Positions 41,968-50,299 of a stretch of DNA of 64,000 bases are shown here, in pieces (the first letter of the stretch is position 1; each line of letters starts with the position of its first letter). The stretch covers positions 2,912,001 to 2,976,000 of the forward strand of contig OZ243972.1 in NCBI GenBank assembly GCA_965214705.1. The letters are read 5' to 3'. The stretch comes from Alphaproteobacteria bacterium (GTDB lineage Bacteria; Pseudomonadota; Alphaproteobacteria; UBA828). The translations under genes were made by a program, and so were the position numbers. The notes beneath the pieces are model-generated. The model saw only the letters and a program-made list of their open reading frames with translations, was not told the origin of the DNA and ran no database searches.

Positions 41968-43155
41968 CTAGAACACCACTGGCGGAGGCTTCTGGATCTT
42001 CCACCGCTCGACGAACCGGTGCTTCCCGTCCTTTACTTCGACGATCACCATGGGCCGCCAGATGTCGCCATGGCGCTCGCTCGTGAACGTGGTCGGCCCC
42101 ACCAGCAGCGGCACCTCGTTGAAGTTCTCGAGCGCTTCGCGAACCGCATCCGTGTCGAAGCTGCCGGCCCTGTTCACGGCCTCGGCGTAGGCCTGGATCT
42201 CGCTGTAGCCGATCACCGCGAATGCGCGCTGGGTGATGTCAGGATCGGCCTCGATTTGCCGCCGGACGAACGCGTTCACGTCCTCCCAGGGATCATCGAG
42301 ATAGGTCGAGATGTAGGCCGCGTTATAGAAGTTGTCCAAGCCCGGCACGGACTCGAGCCAATAGTCGCCGTCACCGCACACGCCGGTCACGATCGGCGTC
42401 TCGATGCCGGCCGCCCTGATCTGCCGCGCCGCGACGGAGAGTCCCGGATTGCAGCTCGGCACGAACAGGAAATCGGGCGCGGTCTCAAGCCCCCTGATGC
42501 GGCTGACCTGTGAGGCAATGCTGGTGTCGGTCAGCAGGAAGGTATCCCGTCCGACAACGCTGTCTTCGCCCTCGAGCTCGACCCAGCGCGTCTCGAAATA
42601 CTGCGAGCACGTCTTGGTGTAGTCGATGAAGGTATCGGTCAGCAGATAGACCGTCTTCCACCCCTTACTCATCGACGACCACTCGGCGAGCGAGCCACAC
42701 TCATCGGGCGTCTGCGTGTCGAGGCTGAAGGCGTTGGGGCCGACGCCCTGCGCGCCGAAGCGCGGCGAGCCGGCGCAGCCGAGCGCGATCATGCCGTTTT
42801 CCTGAGCGACCGAGGCGGACGGGCCTCCATAGTCGAAGTCGCAGCTGACACTCAGGATGTCCGCGCCTTCGTCGATCAGCTCTTGCGCGGCGATCACCGC
42901 CTGAGCCTTGTCGGTCTTGGTATCGCGCCAGATCGACGTCAGTTTGCGGCCGAGCAACCCGCCTTCGGCATTGATGTCGTCAATGGCGAATTCGATACCC
43001 AGCTTGGCTGGCATGTCATAGGCCGACATGAACCCCGTGCTGGACTTCGCAATGCCGATGACGAGCGGATCTTCGTCAGCGCGCGCTTGTGACCCGGCGC
43101 ATACGACCAGCGCCGCGGCCCCTGCGGCGAGCACCACATTTGTAAGCAATCGCAT
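41968..43155 (-). CDS. Branched-chain amino acid-type ABC substrate-binding protein
   Basis: Signal peptide MRLLTNVVLAAG; AIDDINAEGGLLGRK, A..AGS.D..AVR.AL; ATG 43155 after GAGGGAGG. Confidence 0.9.
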   Translation of the reverse strand: MRLLTNVVLAAGAAALVVCAGSQARADEDPLVIGIAKSSTGFMSAYDMPAKLGIEFAIDDINAEGGLLGRKLTSIWRDTKTDKAQAVIAAQELIDEGADILSVSCDFDYGGPSASVAQENGMIALGCAGSPRFGAQGVGPNAFSLDTQTPDECGSLAEWSSMSKGWKTVYLLTDTFIDYTKTCSQYFETRWVELEGEDSVVGRDTFLLTDTSIASQVSRIRGLETAPDFLFVPSCNPGLSVAARQIRAAGIETPIVTGVCGDGDYWLESVPGLDNFYNAAYISTYLDDPWEDVNAFVRRQIEADPDITQRAFAVIGYSEIQAYAEAVNRAGSFDTDAVREALENFNEVPLLVGPTTFTSERHGDIWRPMVIVEVKDGKHRFVERWKIQKPPPVVF

Positions 43156-43400
43156 CCCAGAACCTCCCTCTCGTGTTGATTTCGTTGGGCCAGGCCAAGG
43201 CGGAGCGCAGCCTTCGAGCACGGCCGCAGGAATGCTACTTGAGCGCCTGAACCGAGACAACCAGCCCAACACAGCGCGGGCTTGCGCCCTTTTCACGCTG
43301 GCCCGCGCGCCCACTTAGGGGTGTCCAGGAGACAGCGGGAGGTGGGGATGGTGGGCGGGGGACGGCCCCCGCAGAGAGGAGCGTCAGACTTCCCTTCGCC

Positions 43401-45488
43401 CTAGTTCGCCGGCCGGGCCCAGATGGCGGTGTCGTGGAACACTGCGCCGCCGTTGGGATAGCCGGGCTCGGCCGAGGTCAGCGTGTTGATCCCGAGCCCT
43501 TCCTCGAAGGCCGTGTTGGGCCAGATGCTCTCGACGATGACGGTGCCGCGTTGCTGGCCATGGGTGGTGCCGTTGGCCCTGCCGTTACCGTTCGCGATAC
43601 GCGCGTGGAGCAGGACCGAGCCGCGCCGGTTGCCGATGCGGATGCGGTCGCCATCCTCGAAGCCGAGATCGCGGGCGTCGCCGGGGTGGAAGAGGGCGGA
43701 GGGCCTGGTCTCCTTGGCTATGCTGGTGGGCGTCTCGGTAAAGCTCGAATTGAGGTAGTTGTGCGCGGGCGCGGTGACGAGGCGGAAGGGATGCTCAGCG
43801 TCCGGTGCCTCCGTCACTGCCATGTGGTCGGGGAAGGCCGGCATTTCGGCGCCGCGCGGGTTCATCCTGACCCAGTCCGGCTTGAAGCGGAACCGTCCGT
43901 CCGGCCAGCCGAAGCCGTTCAGATGATGGGCGCTCTCGAAGTCCGGCATGCAATCCTTCCAGCGCTTAGCCCTGAGTGTCGCCGCATCGGGGTGGCCTGA
44001 GCGCTTCAGCGTCGCGTCGATCAGCTCCCACGCTGTCATGTCGAAGCCCGGATGCTCGGCGCCGAGCCGCTTGGCGAGCGCGCGGATCACGTCGTGGTTG
44101 GAGCGCGTCTCGGCATAAGGCTCGATCACCTTGGCGCCCATCAGCAGGTAGCTGTGGCCGCCGCCCACGTAGATGTCGTCATGCTCCAGGAAGGTGGTCG
44201 CCGGCAGCACGATGTCGGCATAGCGCGCGGTGTCGGTCATGAACTGCTCGTGCACGGCGAGGAAGAGGTCCTCGCGTAGCAGGCCCTCGCGCACCTTGGC
44301 CGATTCCGGTGCCACCGCCGCCGGGTTGACGTTCTGCATGACGATGGCGGTGACCGGCGGGCCGTCGCCGAGGTCGCCCGGATCCCCGGTGAGCACAGGG
44401 CCGATGCGCGACATGTCGAGCAGCCGCACCGAGCGGTCTCTGGCGTCGAGCCCTTCGATCAGCGTGGCATCGACGCCGTAGACGCTCTTGTTGGTGTGCA
44501 TCGCGCCGCCGCCCTCGTGCTGCCAGGCGCCGGTGACAGCCGCGATGCAGGTGGCGGCGTGCATGTTCGCGGCCCCGTTGCGCGAGCGCGTGAAGCCGTA
44601 GCCGAGGCGGATGTAGGTGCGCTTGATGCGGCCGATCATGCGGGCGAGCGCCACGATCTCGGCCGCCGGAATGCCGGTGATGGCGGATGCCCACGCGGGG
44701 TCGCGGCTCGCGAGATGGGTCTCGAACTCGTCCGGACAGTCGGTGTAGCGCGCGAGGTAGTCGCGGTCGGCGAAGTCCTCGGCGAAGAGCACGTGCATGA
44801 TGCCGCAGGCGAGCGCGCCGTCGGTGCCCGGCCGCAAAGCCACGTGATGATCGGCGACCTTGGCGGTGCGCGTCTCGTAGGGGTCGACCACCACGAGCGC
44901 TGCGTCCCGCGACTTCCGCGCCTTCGCGATGTGGGTCATCACGTTGACCTGGGTGGAGGCCGGATTGCAGCCCCAGACGACGATCAGATCCGCCTTCGCC
45001 ATCTCGCGCGGGTCGGAGCCCACGTACGTGCCGACCCCGGCCCACCAGCCGTCGCTGGAAAGCCGCGAGCAGATGGTCTCGTCCTGCCGCGAATACTTCA
45101 TGACGTGGCGCAGGCGGTTGATGCCGTCGCGCTGCACCAGGCCCATGGTGCCGGCGTAGTAGTAGGGCCAGACCGCCTCCGGGCCGTGCTTCTGCTCGGC
45201 GCGAACGAAGGCGTCGGCGATCTGGTCGAGTGCGTCGTCCCAGCCTATGGGGCGGAACTCGCCGGCGCCCTTCTCGCCGGTGCGCTGCAGCGGCTGCGCG
45301 AGGCGCCCCGGATGGTGCACGCGCTCGGCGTAGCGTGCGACCTTGGCGCAGATGACGCCCGAGGTGTAGTCGTTCTCCCGCGCGCCCCTCACTGCGCCGA
45401 TCCTGTCCGGCGCGAGCCGCTCGACCTCCAGCGCACAGGTCGACGGGCAGTCGTGGGGGCAGGCGGTGGCAACGAACTCGCTCGACAC
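43401..45488 (-). CDS. Molybdopterin (bis-PGD) oxidoreductase, single-subunit family
   Basis: ACPHDCPSTC...CAKV Fe-S motif, RPGTDGALA, HEQFMTDTARYADIVLPATT, C-terminal molybdopterin dinucleotide-binding domain. Confidence 0.92.
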   Translation of the reverse strand: MSSEFVATACPHDCPSTCALEVERLAPDRIGAVRGARENDYTSGVICAKVARYAERVHHPGRLAQPLQRTGEKGAGEFRPIGWDDALDQIADAFVRAEQKHGPEAVWPYYYAGTMGLVQRDGINRLRHVMKYSRQDETICSRLSSDGWWAGVGTYVGSDPREMAKADLIVVWGCNPASTQVNVMTHIAKARKSRDAALVVVDPYETRTAKVADHHVALRPGTDGALACGIMHVLFAEDFADRDYLARYTDCPDEFETHLASRDPAWASAITGIPAAEIVALARMIGRIKRTYIRLGYGFTRSRNGAANMHAATCIAAVTGAWQHEGGGAMHTNKSVYGVDATLIEGLDARDRSVRLLDMSRIGPVLTGDPGDLGDGPPVTAIVMQNVNPAAVAPESAKVREGLLREDLFLAVHEQFMTDTARYADIVLPATTFLEHDDIYVGGGHSYLLMGAKVIEPYAETRSNHDVIRALAKRLGAEHPGFDMTAWELIDATLKRSGHPDAATLRAKRWKDCMPDFESAHHLNGFGWPDGRFRFKPDWVRMNPRGAEMPAFPDHMAVTEAPDAEHPFRLVTAPAHNYLNSSFTETPTSIAKETRPSALFHPGDARDLGFEDGDRIRIGNRRGSVLLHARIANGNGRANGTTHGQQRGTVIVESIWPNTAFEEGLGINTLTSAEPGYPNGGAVFHDTAIWARPAN

Positions 45489-45834
45489 GGTGCGTCCTCC
45501 TCGGGGCTGATGCCGGCCGCCCTCACCGATCACATCCCAACGGCTCGGCAGCCCCCTCGATCCGATTCCTCATTTTAGCTCGGAATCATTAGCACGGTCA
45601 TGGCCCGCCCGCGCAACCCGCTCAGACTGAAGCCGGCCCCGAATTGCCGCCAATCGGTCCACTGCAGACCGGGTCGGCCTTCGGGCGACGTTCGGCAGTT
45701 GACCGATTGTGGGTGAGGCAGGTCCAAACCATACTTTGCGGGCTGCGACATTCTCTCGCCGAAATTCCATGCGCAGGTTCGTCTGTGTTTCGGCGATTGT
45801 CGGCTTCAGGCGATGAATGCGGAGACCGCGACCA

Positions 45835-46800
45835 ATGAATGCCGCCCCCAAAATCTTCTGCATTGCGCTTGCTCTTGCGCTGGCCGCCTGTTCCAGCGGG
45901 TCGATGGAAAAAGTCGAATCCGGACACAGCACCAGCTTCGACGGCGAGGTGCTGCGCATCGAATTCGAACGAGAAGACGGCGGCAAGGAACGGTTCAGCG
46001 CACTCAGGGACCGTTGGTACGCCTGGTCCTGGGTGCCCTTCCTGCCCAACCATTCGGGGCGGCGCTGGGTAATGGGAAAGACCAACCGAGAGGGCACCTC
46101 GATCGCCTATGCCCTGGTGAGCTGGGACAATGACGAGCCCACCGACTACCTGGCCGCTGGGTACTGGATGCGCTTCGACGGATTCCGTCGCGACTACGAC
46201 CTTCCCATCGCAGCCGCCGATCTCGTCATGTTCATCGACGGAACGGAGATCGACCCCGCAACTCCGCCCGAACTCCCGGTCTCGGGGACAGCGCGCTACA
46301 CCGGCCAGGCAGGCGGAATCTACACCTACAGCTACGGCGGCGGCTGGACGGGGTACGATGAGCCCGACGCGGGGGAGGAGTTCTACGGCCCGATGACCGT
46401 CGAGGCGAATTTCGACGACATGACCATCGCCGGCTGCATCGGCTGCGCCGGCGACCTCTGGATCGAGCGCGAGCACCTCTACTCGGTTCTTGGTCGGAGA
46501 GTCGCCGAGCCGCTCGCCATGCCCACCGACTACGAAATTCAGTTCGCCCCGACGAAGATCGAGTCCGAAGGCGATTTCCTGGGAGAAGACGTGACGGTCG
46601 CCCATCCGACGCGGACCGTCACGCATTCGAGTGGAGAATGGGACGGAAGCTTCTCCAATCGGCCGGCGGACGCCGGCAACCCGCGCTTCGTTGCCGGCAT
46701 CGCGAGCGCCGAGTTCATGGAGGCCGATGGCAGCGAGGGCGCGTTCAAGTCGATCTTCATCACGGTCCACCCGTCGCTGCTGCCCCCCGAGCAGCCCTGA
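45835..46800 (+). CDS. Lipoprotein with probable TbpB/fHbp-like beta-barrel
   Basis: Lipobox LALAAC; LPVSGTARYTG.AGG, VEANFDDMTI.G, GEWDGSF, GAF..IF pattern of transferrin-binding-like barrels. Confidence 0.6.
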   Translation: MNAAPKIFCIALALALAACSSGSMEKVESGHSTSFDGEVLRIEFEREDGGKERFSALRDRWYAWSWVPFLPNHSGRRWVMGKTNREGTSIAYALVSWDNDEPTDYLAAGYWMRFDGFRRDYDLPIAAADLVMFIDGTEIDPATPPELPVSGTARYTGQAGGIYTYSYGGGWTGYDEPDAGEEFYGPMTVEANFDDMTIAGCIGCAGDLWIEREHLYSVLGRRVAEPLAMPTDYEIQFAPTKIESEGDFLGEDVTVAHPTRTVTHSSGEWDGSFSNRPADAGNPRFVAGIASAEFMEADGSEGAFKSIFITVHPSLLPPEQP

Positions 46801-46929
46801 AGGCGGGTCTCTACGACCGTCACCCCCGTAGCCGCGCGGGGGCGGGGTGCGTGCGCACCGCTGCGGTCGGCAAGGAAATTCGTGCGAATTTGTGGTATTG
46901 AGACGCAAATTCGGAGGTTGGGGCTCCAG

Positions 46930-47391
46930 ATGACGGCACTGCCTGAGAGCGACGCTGCGGCACGCCTGCGCGAAGCCGGGCTCAGGCCCACGCGCCAGCG
47001 CATCGTCCTCGCCCGCCGCCTCTTCAGCGGGCCGCACAGGCATGTCACCGCCGCCGAGCTTCATGCCGAGGTGCTGCGGGAGGAGGCGGGGGTCTCCCTC
47101 GCCACGGTCTACAACACCCTGCACCAGTTCACGAAAGCCGGGCTGCTGCGCGAGCTGGTGGTGGACGCGGGGCCCTCCTTCTTCGACACCAACACCACGC
47201 ATCACCAGCACTTCTTCCTGGAGGAGACCGGGCGCCTGGTCGATGTGCCGGGTGATCGCGTCTCCGTGAGCGACCTGCCGCCCGCGCCGCCGGGGACCAA
47301 GGTCTCGCGCATCGACGTGATCATCCGCGTGACCGGCGACGGGGCAGACGAGGGCTCGAAGGCCGCGCGCGGCGCTCGCACCCTGGAATGA
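46930..47391 (+). CDS. irr: Fur-family iron response regulator
   Basis: LREAGLRPTRQR, HVTAAEL, SLATVYNTLHQF..AGLLRE, FFDTNTTHHQHFF, IDVIIRV. Confidence 0.88.
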   Translation: MTALPESDAAARLREAGLRPTRQRIVLARRLFSGPHRHVTAAELHAEVLREEAGVSLATVYNTLHQFTKAGLLRELVVDAGPSFFDTNTTHHQHFFLEETGRLVDVPGDRVSVSDLPPAPPGTKVSRIDVIIRVTGDGADEGSKAARGARTLE

Positions 47392-47398
47392 TTCCAAT
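47382..47398. promoter_or_regulatory. Irr box (iron control element) upstream of the rubrerythrin promoter
   Basis: CCTGGAATGATTCCAAT matches TTTRGAAYNRTTCYAAA at 14/17; followed by TTGACG (47402-47407) N17 CATATA. Confidence 0.75.
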
Positions 47399-47513
47399 CC
47401 GTTGACGGCGGCCGTGCGCTGCGTCATATAGAGTGCCGAATGCACCGGCCGTACTCGTGTCCTGCGATGCGGCGGTCAAGCATCTCGAACCATGAGTTAG
47501 GGGGAACAAGACC

Positions 47514-47933
47514 ATGCCAGCATTGGGTGGAAGCAAGACCGAGCAGAACCTCAAGGACGCCTTCGCCGGCGAGTCACAGGCCAACCGCCGCTACCTCTAC
47601 TTCGCCCGCAAGGCGGACGTGGAGGGCCACAACGACGTCTCGGCGCTCTTCCGCTCGACCGCCGAGGGCGAGACCGGCCATGCGCACGGCCATCTCGACT
47701 ACCTGGTGGAGACCGGCGATCCGGCCACCGGCCTGCCGATCGGCCAGACCAGCGAGAATCTTGCGGCGGCCGTGGCCGGCGAGACCCACGAATACACCGA
47801 CATGTATCCGGGCATGGCGCGCACCGCCCGCGACGAGGGCTTCGACGAGATCGCGGACTGGTTCGAGACCCTGGCGAAGGCGGAAAAATCCCACGCCGGG
47901 CGCTTCCAGAAGGCGCTCGACGGCCTCGACTGA
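47514..47933 (+). CDS. rbr: Rubrerythrin (short form without rubredoxin domain)
   Basis: [48 protein letters not shown]. Confidence 0.93.
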   Translation: MPALGGSKTEQNLKDAFAGESQANRRYLYFARKADVEGHNDVSALFRSTAEGETGHAHGHLDYLVETGDPATGLPIGQTSENLAAAVAGETHEYTDMYPGMARTARDEGFDEIADWFETLAKAEKSHAGRFQKALDGLD

Positions 47934-47981
47934 GCGCCCTTCAAGAATGACCGCCGGCCTCGTCTGAGCGTGCTTCAGCGC

Positions 47982-49007
47982 TCAGGCGGGTGCTGGCGCG
48001 CGCATGTATCGGCTCGTCTCGCCGGGCGGGGTCGCGAGCCGGATGACGCCGCTCTCGTTTAGCTCCCGCAGATAGCGAAAGCCCTTGGCGTATTCCGAGA
48101 GGATGTGCTCGCCGGAGCGGAAGCCGCGATAGCGTGACGGCCGCTCGGCCGTGACGAAGGGCGCAAACGGCTCGACCCAGGCATCGAAGTTCGCGGCGAA
48201 GAAGAGCGGCAGCGAGTAGCGCTCCTCGCCGATTCCCACCACGCGATGCGGGCCCGAGGTGAAGAGCCCGTTGGTCCAGGTCTCCAGCGTGTCCCCCACG
48301 TTGACGACGAAGCTGCCGGGCAGGGGCGGCACATCGATCCACTCGCCGTCCACGCTCATCACCTGCAGCCCCGGCTTGGTCTGGTGGAGGATGGTGAAAC
48401 ACTCCGAATCGGTGTGTGAGCCGATCCCGAGGCGCAGCCGTTCCGAGCCGGTGCCCGGCTCCGGCGCGGGGTAGTGGAGGAGCCGAAGGTTGGACGTGGG
48501 CTTCGTGAACATCGGCGCGAACGTGTCTTCCGGCAGGTCGAGAGCGCGGGCGAAGGCAGGGAGCAGCCGGCGCCCAAAGGCCATGACCGCCTCGTAGTAG
48601 CCCCCGACAGTCTCGCGAAAGCCGGGCAGGTCGGGCCAGACGTTGGGGCCGAGGAAGCGATAGCCCGCGACGTAGTCCGGGTCGTCCGCCGGCAGGTCGG
48701 CGGCGAGGTCGAAGGATGCCTTCCGGCCCACGCCCGGCTCGTCGCCGTAGTCCTCTTCGCCCGGTGGCACGTAGCCCCGGTGGTTACGCGACTTCGCGAT
48801 GTGGTAGCGCCGCTTCTCCTTGTCCGGCAGTGCGTGGAAGCGCGCGGTCTGCTCGTAGGTGGCGGCGATCAGCGACTCGGGCACGCCGTGTCCGGTGACG
48901 TAGAAGAACCCGGTTCCCCGGCAGGCCTCGCCGATCGCGTCGCAGAGCGCGCGTCGGGCGGCGCCCTCTCCATTACCGAGAGCACCCGCGTCGATGACCG
49001 GGATCAC
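47982..49007 (-). CDS. Isopenicillin N synthase-family 2OG-Fe(II) oxygenase
   Basis: IPVID, AC..TGFFYV..HGV, GPNVWP, LRLLHYP, SHTD (HxD), HRV, RYS; GTG 49007. Confidence 0.9.
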   Translation of the reverse strand: MIPVIDAGALGNGEGAARRALCDAIGEACRGTGFFYVTGHGVPESLIAATYEQTARFHALPDKEKRRYHIAKSRNHRGYVPPGEEDYGDEPGVGRKASFDLAADLPADDPDYVAGYRFLGPNVWPDLPGFRETVGGYYEAVMAFGRRLLPAFARALDLPEDTFAPMFTKPTSNLRLLHYPAPEPGTGSERLRLGIGSHTDSECFTILHQTKPGLQVMSVDGEWIDVPPLPGSFVVNVGDTLETWTNGLFTSGPHRVVGIGEERYSLPLFFAANFDAWVEPFAPFVTAERPSRYRGFRSGEHILSEYAKGFRYLRELNESGVIRLATPPGETSRYMRAPAPA

Positions 49008-50062
49008 GCGCCGGCCAGGCGGAAGATCTCGGCGAAGGCCGGGTGGATGCCCGCCGCGCCGAATGCCTCGAGATCGCTCGAGCACGAGTTCTGGCTGAGC
49101 ACGGCGGTGATCCCGCTCGGCGCGTGGTGGCCGGCCATGGTGACGTGGCCGCGTAGCTGGCCGAGATGGCCCTCGATCGTGAGGTCGCCGAAGCGGGAGA
49201 CCAGCACCCCGTGGCCGCAATGGGTGATGTTCGTGCCTGGGAAGGAGGCTGGGAGCCGCGGGCCGCGCAGCATGGCGAGGGCGTCGCTCTCCAACACCTG
49301 CCCGGTGAAGAGCGCGTGGAAGCCCCGCGCAAGGTCGCGCGGGGTCGTGACCAGATCGCCCGCAGCCCCGATGCCGGAGAGCGGGAACCAGTTCGATGAA
49401 TCCTCCGGCGGCACCTCGGGCTTGGTGGAATCGAAGACGTATTGGCGGGCCAGCCGTTCGCGCGGGAAGGCTTCGTCGCCTCCGCTCCAGGTCTCGACCA
49501 TGCCCGCCGGCTCGAACACCGCGCGCCCGAGCCACTGGGAGAGCACCTCGCCCCGCTCGCTGGCGACGATCTCGCCCGCCAGCACGTAGCCGGGGTTGGA
49601 ATAGATGAAGGCCTCGCCGGGCGCGATCGGTGTGCCGTTGGCGAGGGCGAAGTCGACGATCCGCTCGGGCGTCCAGTCGTCGGCCGCGCCCCTGGGCATG
49701 AACGCCTCGTACTCGGGCAGGCCGCTCCGGTGACTGAGCAGGTGGCGCACGCGGATCTCGTCCGCGCGCGGCAGGTGTGGGAACCACCCCTCGATGGTCT
49801 GGTCGAGGCCGATCCGCCCTTCGCTCACCAGCGCGAGCACGGCAACCGCGGTCCAGGTCTTCTTGGTGCTCGCGGTCTTGAACAGGTGGTCCGGGGTGAG
49901 CGGCGCTCCCGTCGCGCGGTCGGCGCAGCCGGCGGCGAGCGTCAGCACCTCTTCGTCCGGCCGGACGAGGCCAAGGGAGGCGCCGACGATGCCCCGCCCC
50001 ACGTGCTCGCTCAGCACGCGGTCGAGCTGCGATACCAGAACGTCGGTCTCCGGTTTCAGCAT
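49004..50062 (-). CDS. Serine hydrolase, beta-lactamase/AmpC-like fold
   Basis: SxxK (ASTKK), LLSHRSG, YSN, AAGDL, GHLG; ATG 50062. Confidence 0.88.
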   Translation of the reverse strand: MLKPETDVLVSQLDRVLSEHVGRGIVGASLGLVRPDEEVLTLAAGCADRATGAPLTPDHLFKTASTKKTWTAVAVLALVSEGRIGLDQTIEGWFPHLPRADEIRVRHLLSHRSGLPEYEAFMPRGAADDWTPERIVDFALANGTPIAPGEAFIYSNPGYVLAGEIVASERGEVLSQWLGRAVFEPAGMVETWSGGDEAFPRERLARQYVFDSTKPEVPPEDSSNWFPLSGIGAAGDLVTTPRDLARGFHALFTGQVLESDALAMLRGPRLPASFPGTNITHCGHGVLVSRFGDLTIEGHLGQLRGHVTMAGHHAPSGITAVLSQNSCSSDLEAFGAAGIHPAFAEIFRLAGA

Positions 50063-50299
50063 CCTCGCCCCCGTTCCGTTGCGCCTGCGCTCACCATAGC
50101 ACGGGCCCGCCCCGCGGACGGAAGGCGGGACTGGGCGGGACGACGTGGAGTTCCGCAGCCCAGCCCATGGCCGTGTTCGGCAACGGCGGGTGTGCGCTTG
50201 CTCTTGCACTTCATGGCGCGATACTGCCCCGAGCGGCACGCGCCCTGCACCCCACCATGGTCCGGGGCGTTAGCACGCTGCAGCGAAGGGGGAGCACGC

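Noticed and set aside
21859-43400. Direct repeats delimiting the catabolic island
   Set aside because: Only short matches (CGCCCTAG) and GC-rich hairpins at 21898-21920 and 43355-43372, better explained as terminators or REP-like elements
47982-50062. Beta-lactam biosynthesis/resistance cluster (IPNS + beta-lactamase)
   Set aside because: No ACV synthetase/NRPS nearby; both families are broad, and the hydrolase lacks a signal peptide
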